A model generated the notes under the pieces. That model made no database searches. It worked only from the letters and a program-made list of their open reading frames with translations, and was not told where the DNA came from. Shown one piece after another: positions 27,395 to 37,600 of a stretch of DNA of 64,000 nucleotides. This stretch comes from Paludibacteraceae bacterium (GTDB taxonomy: Bacteria > Bacteroidota > Bacteroidia > Bacteroidales > Paludibacteraceae): assembly GCA_017391905.1 (NCBI GenBank), contig JAFOWX010000025.1:12943-76942 (forward strand), in the 5' to 3' direction. Numbering within the stretch: the stretch's first letter is position 1; each line of letters starts with the position of its first letter. Made by a program: the position numbers and the translations under genes.

Positions 27395-29065
27395 TGCAAA
27401 CAGCAGTATGATGAACTGCGCACAGATAATACGCAAAAACATGGTTAGCGGATAAACGGTAGAGTACGCAACCGCAGGAGCATCGTTATTGGCTATAGAA
27501 CCCGAGTAGGCCAACGCCGGTGGATTGGTACAACTACCCGAAATCATACCAATTAGGGTAAAGTAGTTGATTTTTAGCAAGCGACCTATAATACCCACTA
27601 TGAGCGCAGGCACCATGGTAATAAGTACACCACAAGCAATCCAAAGCAAGCCATCGGGCGAAACCACGGTATCCACAAACTCGGCACCTGCCGAAATACC
27701 CACACTGGCTAAGAACAGCGAGATACCCATTTCGCGCAACATAAGGTTAGCACTTTGAGTGGTATAGGTTATGAGTTTTAAGCGATAACCAAAACGTCCC
27801 AACAATATAGCTACAATAAGCGGGCCACCTGCCAAGCCTAATTTGGCTGGCATAGGCATATTGGGGAAATGGAAAGGCATGCTACCCACCAAAATACCAG
27901 CACAGATACCAAAGAAAATGGCAATTAAGTGAGGCTCGTTAAGGCGTTTTAGGGTATTGCCCAATATTTTTTCTACTTTGCCAATGGCTTCGAGCGAACC
28001 CACCACGGTTACACGGTCGCCCACTTGCAAATACAACTCGGGGCGTGCCAATAGGTCGATACCAGAACGATGTACACGGGTAATGTTTACGCCATACGTA
28101 GATCTAAATGCCAACGAACCAATGGTTTTACCATTTATACTGCTTTGGGTTACCACAATACGGCGCGAAACCATTTCTTTTTCGCTATCTTCCCACACGT
28201 AATCCACTTTCTTACCCAAAAAGGTAGTAACGGCTTTTTCGTCCGCCTCGTTTACTACTACAGAAAGAATATCGCCCACTTGCAGGGGTGTTTCGTCCGA
28301 AGGAATAATAACCTTTTCGCCATTGTACAAACGCGAGGCCACAAATTGTCTTCTCACCAAGTCTTGACATTGCAATAAGGTGCAACCTGCCAACGACTCG
28401 TTGTGTACCTGAATGGAAATCCAATTGGGTGTTTCGTGGGTTTCTTTTTGCGCTTTAAGTGCTTCTTCTTCCTTATCTAACTTAACACGGAATAGTAGAC
28501 GCAATATCATAAACGAAAGCAACACGCCTATTACCCCCATGGGGTATGCCACTGCATATCCTAAGCCTATAGAAGGAATGGGACCTGTTAGTTCGCCTGC
28601 TTCGCTTAACTGACGCAATGCTTCTTGTGCGGCACCTAAACCAGGTGTATTGGTAACAGCACCTTGCATAATACCCACCAACATGGGCATGGAAATATCA
28701 CCGTGAAAAATATAAAACAGCGACAAGGTAACACCAATACCTAAGGCTACTAATAAACAAGCCAAGCCATTTAGTAGCATACCTCCTTTTTTAAACGAGG
28801 TAAAAAAGCTGGGCCCTACTTGTAAACCAATAGAGAAAATAAACAGGATTAAGCCAAACTCTTTAAGAAAGTGCATAAGATCGGGGTTTAGATAGACGCC
28901 AAAATGCCCTACCAAAATACCCATAAACAGCACAAAGGTTACACCTAACGAGATGCCACCTATTTTTATTTTGCCCAATAAAACGCCAGAGGCAATAACA
29001 AAAGAGTAAATAAGCACGGCGTGTGCAACGGAACTACGCGTTAAAAGTTCAACTAACCAGTCCAT
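27392..29065 (-). CDS. YidE/YbjL-type (AspT-like) transporter with two central RCK_C/TrkA_C domains
   Basis: 557 aa. Two hydrophobic halves flank two soluble repeats ([12 protein letters not shown]...GDILSVV and [12 protein letters not shown]...GDRVTVVG). Confidence 0.8.
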   Translation of the reverse strand: MDWLVELLTRSSVAHAVLIYSFVIASGVLLGKIKIGGISLGVTFVLFMGILVGHFGVYLNPDLMHFLKEFGLILFIFSIGLQVGPSFFTSFKKGGMLLNGLACLLVALGIGVTLSLFYIFHGDISMPMLVGIMQGAVTNTPGLGAAQEALRQLSEAGELTGPIPSIGLGYAVAYPMGVIGVLLSFMILRLLFRVKLDKEEEALKAQKETHETPNWISIQVHNESLAGCTLLQCQDLVRRQFVASRLYNGEKVIIPSDETPLQVGDILSVVVNEADEKAVTTFLGKKVDYVWEDSEKEMVSRRIVVTQSSINGKTIGSLAFRSTYGVNITRVHRSGIDLLARPELYLQVGDRVTVVGSLEAIGKVEKILGNTLKRLNEPHLIAIFFGICAGILVGSMPFHFPNMPMPAKLGLAGGPLIVAILLGRFGYRLKLITYTTQSANLMLREMGISLFLASVGISAGAEFVDTVVSPDGLLWIACGVLITMVPALIVGIIGRLLKINYFTLIGMISGSCTNPPALAYSGSIANNDAPAVAYSTVYPLTMFLRIICAQFIILLFA

Positions 29066-29090
29066 TTTCTATTATTTGTTAAAAACTGCA

Positions 29091-29098
29091 CAAAGTTA
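29091..29098 (-). promoter_or_regulatory. candidate -7 box TAACTTTG for the transporter gene
   Basis: The reverse complement of CAAAGTTA matches TAnnTTTG, 26 nt upstream of the start at 29065. Confidence 0.35.
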
Positions 29099-29107
29099 AT
29101 AAAAATT

Positions 29108-29131
29108 GTTTAGTTGTTTAGGCGTTTAGTC
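29108..29131 (-). repeat. three octamers (GTTTAGTT GTTTAGGC GTTTAGTC) of the same family
   Basis: 29116-29131 matches 16531-16546 at 15 of 16 positions. Confidence 0.85.
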
Positions 29132-29147
29132 TATATTTTGTGGTCAT

Positions 29148-29175
29148 AAAAAAAGGTTGGCTAAAAAAGCCAACC
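29148..29175 (-). terminator. terminator of OMP paralog 1
   Basis: On the minus strand: GGTTGGCT / AGCCAACC stem followed by a T7 run. Confidence 0.8.
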
Positions 29176-29199
29176 CTTTTGTTACGAATTTGCAATGAA

Positions 29200-29685
29200 T
29201 TATTCAAAAATGTAGCGTACGCCAAGAGCAATAGCGCCAGCATATAAACCATCTACGCAGAAACGTGCACTACCATCAGCACCTGCAACACCTATAAGAG
29301 GACGATAATCCAACGATAGTTGAAGTGGGAACCAGAAGTTGTATTCTACACCCACACGACCAGCTACACCACCAAAACCTACAATATAATTAAATCCGTA
29401 GAAACCAGCACCAGCACCTACACCAGCATACCAGTTCCAAGAACCTTTGTGTTCCCATGGAATGGTCAAACCACCAGGGTTAATCCAATCGTAAGTAGCA
29501 GCAGCTTCAATACCAGCAAAACCAGGAAGACCAAGGTCAACGCTAACCATGTTGCTTTCGCCCAAACCATGTTGGTAAGAAGCTTCAAAACCGTAACCTA
29601 TACGACCACCAATAGCACGTGGTTGAGCTACAGCGATAGCAGCAAACGCTGCCATGATAAATACAATCAATCCAAATTTTTTCAT
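29200..29685 (-). CDS. small (161-aa) outer-membrane beta-barrel protein, paralog 1
   Basis: Signal peptide ...AVAQP, Gly/aromatic-rich strands, and a C-terminal GVRYIFE. Confidence 0.75.
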   Translation of the reverse strand: MKKFGLIVFIMAAFAAIAVAQPRAIGGRIGYGFEASYQHGLGESNMVSVDLGLPGFAGIEAAATYDWINPGGLTIPWEHKGSWNWYAGVGAGAGFYGFNYIVGFGGVAGRVGVEYNFWFPLQLSLDYRPLIGVAGADGSARFCVDGLYAGAIALGVRYIFE

Positions 29686-29720
29686 CTTTTATCTTTTAGA
29701 ATTTGTTAAATATTTCGGTG

Positions 29721-29728
29721 CAAAAATA
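29721..29728 (-). promoter_or_regulatory. candidate -7 box TATTTTTG for paralog 1
   Basis: TAnnTTTG on the minus strand, 36 nt from the start. Paralog 2 has the same spacing. Confidence 0.45.
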
Positions 29729-29878
29729 CAGTTTCTTCTGCATAACTACGCAAGTATCTCTTAAAAAACGTTTAAATTTTAACCTATTGTTACATTTTAG
29801 TAACAGAACAACCAACAATAGTGGAGGTACTTTTCAAAATCCGTAACTAATAAGCGTTACGTGATGGTTTAATGAGAC

Positions 29879-29904
29879 AAAAAAGGGCTGGCCTAAGCCA
29901 ACCC
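29879..29904 (-). terminator. terminator of OMP paralog 2
   Basis: On the minus strand: GGGTTGGC ttag GCCAGCCC (one G-U pair), followed by TTTTTTG. Confidence 0.75.
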
Positions 29905-29926
29905 CTTTATCTTTTTTGTAGGTATA

Positions 29927-30418
29927 TTATTCAAAAATGTAACGAACGCCAAGTGCGATACCACCTGCAAACAAACCATTGCCATAGAAACCTACAGCTG
30001 GATAATCGCCACGGTCGCCAAATTCAATACCTAAAATGGGACGCCAGTCAATAGAAAGTTGTAGAGGGAACCAGAAGTTGTATTCTACACCAATACGGCC
30101 TGCTGCACCAGCAAAACCTACGCTTGGCCAATAGTAACCAGCACCAGCACCTACACCAGCATACCAATTCCAAGAACCTTTGTGTTCCCATGGAATCATC
30201 AAACCACCAGGGTTCAACCAATCGTAAGTAGCAGCCGCTTCAATACCGCCAAAACCAGGAAGACCCAAGTCTGCAGAAATCATATTTTCCTCACTCAACG
30301 TATGTTGGTAAGAAACATCAAAACCATAACCAAGACGAGCACCAATGGCACGTGGTTGAGCTACTGCGATAGCAGCAAAAGCTGCCATTAAAACGCAAAT
30401 TAATCCTAACTTTTTCAT
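29927..30418 (-). CDS. small (163-aa) outer-membrane beta-barrel protein, paralog 2
   Basis: By-eye estimate of about 75% amino-acid identity to paralog 1 over the full length. Confidence 0.75.
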   Translation of the reverse strand: MKKLGLICVLMAAFAAIAVAQPRAIGARLGYGFDVSYQHTLSEENMISADLGLPGFGGIEAAATYDWLNPGGLMIPWEHKGSWNWYAGVGAGAGYYWPSVGFAGAAGRIGVEYNFWFPLQLSIDWRPILGIEFGDRGDYPAVGFYGNGLFAGGIALGVRYIFE

Positions 30419-30453
30419 ATCTTTTTTTTGTTAAATAAGTTATATTCTTTGCA

Positions 30454-30461
30454 CAAAAGTA
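30454..30461 (-). promoter_or_regulatory. candidate -7 box TACTTTTG for paralog 2
   Basis: TAnnTTTG on the minus strand, 36 nt from the start. Confidence 0.45.
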
Positions 30462-30588
30462 AGCTTTTTGTGCGAATATGCAAGTAAGTTACTTAATAAA
30501 ATAAAAAAAAATCCTACTAAAGTTATCAACAGGCTCTACAAGGTATTACAGGGGTCTAAAACCATACATAGCCTAAATAACGGGGCAT

Positions 30589-30630
30589 AAAAAAACGGGG
30601 GTGACAAATTTGGTTCTTTGTCACCCCCGT
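30589..30630 (-). terminator. strong terminator after the PorP/SprF gene
   Basis: 14-bp stem ACGGGGGTGACAAA / TTTGTCACCCCCGT, followed on the minus strand by a T7 run. Confidence 0.9.
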
Positions 30631-30645
30631 TCTTCCATTCCATTT

Positions 30646-31647
30646 TTAATAACAGAAGAACGACCTATCGTTAGGCATGCGTTCCATAAAGCGGTAACTC
30701 AACACAATTTCGTGCGAACCGCCCGAAATATTTACCAACGATGATACGCTTACATCGTAACTATACGACAAGCTAAACCCTGCGTAAGATCCACCAATGC
30801 ATATTTTTACCGCATCGTTCCAATATTGCATATCACCATTGGGCGAGTAGAAAGGAAGACCACGGTAACCTACACCCACCATAAAGAAACGGCGGTGATA
30901 CATGGCATCAATATCTAATTGGTGGTATTGACCTTGCCATTGGTAAAGGGCTGCAAAGGTTACGTCGTCTTTGGGGTCGTACTTACCCGTACCTTTAGAT
31001 ATAGGTATAAGCCCTGCTGCAAACACATTTAGTTTTACGTTTTGTTTGGTTTCGGGTTGGTCTGTAAACGATATGTTATTGCCCAACAACCTATCGGCAC
31101 AAATACCACCAAAGAAGTAAGGATGGGTAAACATTACCGAAACGGCTGCATCAAAACGCACCAAACTGGTATTGGTTGCCTGAAATACCGTAGTTGGCAA
31201 AATGCTACCATCTGCTGCAATTTGGTCGCCAAACACCATACGCGAAGGGTCTATGGCTCGATAAAACAAACCTACTTGCAAGCCTGGACGGAAAAACCAA
31301 TCTTTGGTTATCTGTACTAAGTATGTATATTGTACGTTAAACTGAAGTTGCGAAAGCATGCCTCCGCCTTGCGAGTTGTACGACACCGTTCCACCAAACG
31401 ATGAGCGTATGGGGTGGAAATATTGGTCGTATCCCACCACACCGGTTTGCGCACCTTTTAGGTTGGACCATTGATTGCGGTAGGTAGCAAATACCCTACC
31501 CCCGCCCGTATAGCCGGCAAACGAGGGGGCTACCATGGTGGTTGCAGACCAAGGTTGAGACAATATAAAGTCTTGAGCCATTGCAGACATGCAACCTACC
31601 AAAAGGGCTACTAAAGTAACTTGAATGTATTTTGTCATTTGTTTCAT
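30646..31647 (-). CDS. PorP/SprF-family type IX secretion system membrane protein
   Basis: Signal peptide, then QDFILSQPWSATTMVAPSFAG...ATYRNQWSNL, which is typical of the family. The size (333 aa) fits, and it lies 17 nt downstream of a type-B CTD cargo gene. Confidence 0.85.
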   Translation of the reverse strand: MKQMTKYIQVTLVALLVGCMSAMAQDFILSQPWSATTMVAPSFAGYTGGGRVFATYRNQWSNLKGAQTGVVGYDQYFHPIRSSFGGTVSYNSQGGGMLSQLQFNVQYTYLVQITKDWFFRPGLQVGLFYRAIDPSRMVFGDQIAADGSILPTTVFQATNTSLVRFDAAVSVMFTHPYFFGGICADRLLGNNISFTDQPETKQNVKLNVFAAGLIPISKGTGKYDPKDDVTFAALYQWQGQYHQLDIDAMYHRRFFMVGVGYRGLPFYSPNGDMQYWNDAVKICIGGSYAGFSLSYSYDVSVSSLVNISGGSHEIVLSYRFMERMPNDRSFFCY

Positions 31648-31664
31648 AGCTTTATCCTCCCCGC

Positions 31665-34600
31665 TTATCTAATTAATAATACACTACCGCCTACACGGAA
31701 CGAAGTACCATCCTGGTATCGCCCTTCGGCTTTATACACATACGTTCCTTGGGCAGCGGGCTGTCCTAAGAAATAACCGTTCCAACCTTGATCCAACTCG
31801 TTGGTACTAAATACCAAGTTGCCCCATTGGTTAAAGATTTCCAATTGTAAGGTTTCTACATTTTTCCATACGGGATAGAAAATATCCAATCGGCGTTCTT
31901 CGGTTTTGTATTTACCGTCCAACATTTGGGTTACATTGGGGGTAAAGGCGGTGGGGAACACAATGAATGCACCCTCGCCTACGCGAATGTATTTTTCGTA
32001 TGTCAAGGTATCGGCACAACCATTTAGGTCTGTAACAATAAGGGTAATATCGTACTCACCGTTTTCGGTATAAGTATAGAATGGATCCTTTTGGGTTGAA
32101 AAATGACCATCGCCAAAATCCCAATAGTACGACTGCATATCGATGTTTTCACAATGGAAGCTTACCTCAGCATCGGGCACATACACTTGGGTAGATTGCA
32201 CCGAGAATGCTGCCTTTGGCGAGGGTAATACTTCTATTTGTTTTTCGGTAACATCGGTTTTGTATTTACCTTTAGCGGTTAGTTTAATGGTATAAACGCC
32301 TGCCTTATCAAAGGTGTGTTCTGGGCTACGCAAGGTAGAATACCTACCATCGCCAAAGTCCCAGGTGTACTCTGCCTGACCAATGGTGATGTTATCAAAT
32401 TGTACCGTAAATGGCTCGCAACCTCTGTTTTCGCTCATATTAAAGCCAGCCACAGGTTCGTCGGCACTGCGAATTTGAATTTCGTCGTATGCTTCGCAAT
32501 CGTAGCCTTTTAAGGTCCAACGCAAGGTATTGATGCCTTGTGCCAACCCAGTAACGATAGTGGTAGGGCTGTTAGGGTCGGCAAATCCACCGCTACCCGA
32601 TACCACGCTCCATGTTCCTGTTACTTGTGGATTGTTGAAATTTTGAGCCGATAAACGGAACGCACCGTTGGTGGTTACACCATCTTCACCGGCATCTGCC
32701 AACTCATGCAAGCTGTTTGAGGTAATAAACATGGAGGTACTTTCAGAACAGAATTCGTTATATACTTCCCATCTTACCTCGTTTACACCCGATGTGCTCA
32801 AACCTACAATTTCGGTTACGTTGTTATCTGGATCCAAAATTTCGCCATCGCCGCCAATGAGTTTCCAGCGTCCTTTATCAAAGGCTGGTTCTGGGGCACG
32901 CAAGGTCATAAAGTCTTCGCAAATGGTTACCTCTTCTGCTTCTGGATAGGTAAGCACTGGTGTGCGGTTAAATACCCTTACGGTATCCCAACCTGTACAG
33001 TAGCCGTCGTTAATAACCCACAACAAGGTGTTAGCACCGTAAAGCAATTGTTCTACCTCAGATTTAGGGTCTTTTTGGTCTATAATATTGCCATCGCCAT
33101 CTACCATTTGCCAGTTTTGGTCTGGCGATGGCCCAACACCTACTACAGGTTTAGCACCCATCACCACACTGGTGGCTTTACAAGGTTTGTAAATATCTGT
33201 ACCTGCCTCGGCAACGGGGTTTTTACGTACTGTAACGGTAGCGGTAATAGGATTGCCAGTGGTACAATGGTTGGTAGGTGTAACGCTAATTTGCGTGGTA
33301 CGTGCCAATTCGTCCATTTCTATTAGGATGCTTTGCTTAACGGTATTGCCAGCACTACTAACATCGGTAAAGCCTGTTGGCAACGACCATTTATAGCTGG
33401 TAGCACCTTCTACATCGGTTACCGTAGCGGTAATAAACTTACCATCCAAGCAGTAATAGGTAGCCCCAAAATCTATGCGTCCGTTTGTAGCAATAGGCGA
33501 ATCCAAATAGACAGGGAAACTTACCGCTTTTCCCTTGCGTCCGCATTGATTAACGCCGCACACGGTAATCTCACCATTTTGTGCATCTGGTCCTGCTACC
33601 ACCTCGATGCTTGTTCCGCCTAAACCACTTACAATGCTAAAGCCTTCTGGCACGGTCCAGTGATAAGTAGCGGCGTTTTCTAACGGAGCGGTTACAAAAG
33701 ATTCGCGCGTTTCGTGGCATATATTAGCCCTACCATTTATGTACTTAGCAGCCTCTGGTAACATACCCACCTCTATGGTATAGGTTTGGTTAATGGTAGC
33801 TTGGCATTTTTGGCCCGAGGTAATGGTTTCAAACATAAAGTTATTTACATCTTTATACGATGTTTCATCTACCACAATTGCCTCGTTTGCTGCATTGATT
33901 TCTTTTTCAAATGGCGTGCCGTTTAAGGTGTATTTTAACAGCATGGGTAAGCTTCCCTCTGTTTCCAATCCTATCTCAATAGCATCGGGTTCACATACCT
34001 TTTCTGTTGGCAACTGAACCGTTAATTGAGGAATTTGGTACGTGGTAACATCAAATTGGTAATCCAACTCTTTAGCACAATAGGCATTGGCTATGCGGCT
34101 AATGGTATAGGTTTTTGTACCTGTTTGGGTAGGTGTTATTACCAAATAATCGTGCGCATTGGTAAAGCGTTGAATACCGTCTGTGTAAGTAACACTCCAG
34201 CCACCTTCGTTTGCCATTACCATATCTACTTTTACCGATTCGCCATAGCAACATTCGGTTTCGGCATCCAAAATAGTAAGTTCTGGCACCATGTGTACTT
34301 CTACAGGCACCTCGCCCGAAACCTCTATATCGCAACCCATACCACCGTCATCTACTACCTTTATTAGTTTATAGGTGCAAGACTGTGTAGGTGTGTGGGT
34401 AATGGTGGACATACGTTCTGTTACGTCTATATCGTATAATTGTGTACCGTCTGTATAGGTTACCTTCCAAGGTGCTACCCCTTCTACGTTTAGTTGCATG
34501 GCCATTTCGTCGCCCTCACAAACAATGCCGTTTCCAGACAACGTAGCGTGCAATTGCATGGGTTCTCGCAACTCAAATTGTTGGGAAACAATACAATCAT

Positions 34601-37600
34601 TGGCGTCTTTTACTTCTACTTTGTACTCACCGGCTCTAAGGTTCTCTTGGTCTTGAGCATCCAACACAGCACTCATACCAGACCAACGGTAGCTATACAA
34701 GGGGTCTGCAGCAAAAGGCGTACCGCCCGAAACGGTAATATCAATAGCGCCAGTTGCTGCACCATAACAGGTATTTTCGGTTATGATAGCCTCCAACAAA
34801 AGAGGAGCATCAGGTTGTGTAATTTCTAACGAAATGGGGTCTGCTTCGCATCCTCTTGCATCTGTAATTGTAGCGGTATAAACGCCAGCTTTTAAGTATT
34901 CTACTTGTTTGCTATCCAAGCCATTTATGCCGTCACCGCTCCACACCACATGATAAGGAGCCGTACCACCTGTTACTTCTACCATAGCCTTACCCGTTGC
35001 ACCGCCATGGCACTTTATTTGCGTATTGGTAAAGCTTTGATGGAACTGACGTTTTAAATCTAACACGGGCGAAACTGAGAAATTACGTTCGGTCAAATTA
35101 GATTTAGCATCTTGTACCAATATGGTATAAAATCCAGCTTCCAGGTTATCTACCTCAAACACATTTTCACCTTGGGCTACCACACCACTTGCCCCCGTAA
35201 TGGTTACATAATAGGGTTGATAACCGCCTTCGGCAGTGATAGAAACAGCTCCTTTATCGCCAGGGCAAACAATGTCTTGCAATTGGTAATCAACACGCAT
35301 GTGTTCGGGTTGTTTTACCTCTTGCGTGGTGGTTAGTTCGCAACCCAATACATCGGTTACCAACAAGGTATAAACACCTGCGGTTAAGTTATGTTGATCG
35401 GGCGAGTTAGTAGGATCGTAGAACGAGCCACCAATGGTTGCCCAACTATATTGCAAGTCTGGAGGAGTAGTTCCGCCTTGTACTTCTACATCAATAACAC
35501 CTGTAGCTTCGCCGTGTACCTCTACGTGCGTTACATCTATTTTGGTAAAGCTCATTTTATCGGACCAACGTACTATATGTTCATCTTGGGTGGTACATTG
35601 ATTAGCATCGGTAATGGTAACACGGTAAGTGCCTTTGCCTTGGTCTTTCAAGAACGATTTTCCTGCAGCTTCAGGCATGGGTACATTATCCAATTCCCAT
35701 TGATAGGTATAGTTTTGTGTACCGCCTTGTACAAGGGCATAAATTTCGGCTTCGTTTATTCCATTACACAACACATCGGGCGCATCCAAGGTAACGGTTA
35801 AAGGTGCTGGTTGTTCTATGGTTACGGTTTGTTGTACCAAGCAGCCATTTACATCTTCTATACTAAAGGTGTACTCACCAGCTTTAAGGTGTTCTGCTTT
35901 TAGGTTGGTTACTTGATACGAACCGTCTGCGTTTTCCCATTTATAGTAGTTGTAATTGCCCGAACCTGGACTTAAAATGGTTGCCTCTGCCCAACCTGTT
36001 AGGTTGCCATTACAATCTACGTTTTGGGTTTTAATATCAATAGATAACGGATTAGGTTCTACCAACAACTTATCAAACACTTGCGATATTTCGCAACCTT
36101 TGCTATCTGCTACACGCACCAAGTAGGTTTCGTTATTGGGCAACTCATCTTGTATGTAGCGATCTGTTCCTGGTTTTAGGCCTACTCCACCACTCCAATG
36201 ATAGGTATAATCGGAAGGTTGGTTGCCATTGCCACCCGTAACAGCTACTTCAATTTCCCCTTTTGTATCGCCATAACACTTGTTTTGGGTAACGGTATAG
36301 GTAAGAGCCATGGGGTATTCGGGTTGTTCTATATCTACACTATGTGTTAAAGAGCAACCATTGGCATCTATTACGGTAACGTTATATGTACCTGCTGTTA
36401 GGTTCTCCACATAATTGTATTGTGCAGGTTGTTGTGCAGTACTCCATACCACCGATTGGTATGGGGTGGCCCCCCCTTGTATAGCCACGTAAATAGCACC
36501 GTCTGCATCACCGTTACAGTTAAGTAGCAATTTAGAGCGGTCTAATACCGTGGTAATACTCAAGGCCTCTGCTTGGGTTATTACGTAGGTAAATTGGTAT
36601 GTATTATTATCGGTATCGGTAACCAATAAATCGTAATTACCAGCCTCTACATCTAATAAGCTATAAGTTAATGGATCGCCAGGAACACTCATGCGGGTTT
36701 GAGGGTTACCGCTTGCATCGGTCCACGACCATAGGCACGAATAGTTTCCATTGCCGCCAGTTATACCGTTGGCATCAATTAAAACAGCTCCGTTGTTTTG
36801 ACCATTGCAGGTAACATTTTTTACCGTGGCATTTACTTGAATGGTTTGAGGTTGGGTAATTTCAATAATCGCTTCTTGGCTACATCCGTTGGCATCGGTT
36901 ACACGCACTAAATATTGACCAGCCAAGCGATTAGTAATCGTACCCGAAGTTCTTTCGGCAGGGGTAAATCCATTAGGTCCATCCAACCATTCATAGCTAT
37001 ATTCGCCCAATGCAGTAGGTGTACCTCCTTGTGGTTTTACTACTATTGCACCGGTTGCCTGGCCATGTATTTTAACGTGTTGTACATCGTACGTAATAGA
37101 AAGTGGCTCTTGTGGTTGGCTTATGCTTACTTCTGCTGCTTGATAGCATGTAGCATCTGCTTGCTCGCTTACCGTAACACGATAGCTTTTAGCGTCTAAG
37201 TGAGTTACCTGATCGGCAGTAGAGATAACACCGCCACCAATCAACTCCCAGCTATAATTAAATTGTCCACTACCGCCTGTTACATTTACTTTTGCCCAAC
37301 CATCTTGGTTGTCATGACAGTCTATGTTGCCCGATTCTATTTGCAATACAATGGGATTGTTTTGGGTAATATCTACGGTTTGTTGTTGGGTACATCCATT
37401 ACCATTATTATCGGTTACGGTTAGGGTATATTGTCCCTCATCTAACATGGAAATTTCGTTAGAGTTTCCTATTACGGTTCCAGCAGCATCTTTCCATTGG
37501 TACACCAAGTTGCCCCTTCCTGTTTGTGTCACCACGGCCTTGGCCTGGCCTTTACGTCCGTGACACACAATATGGGTAGGTTCTATGCTCACGGCCAACG

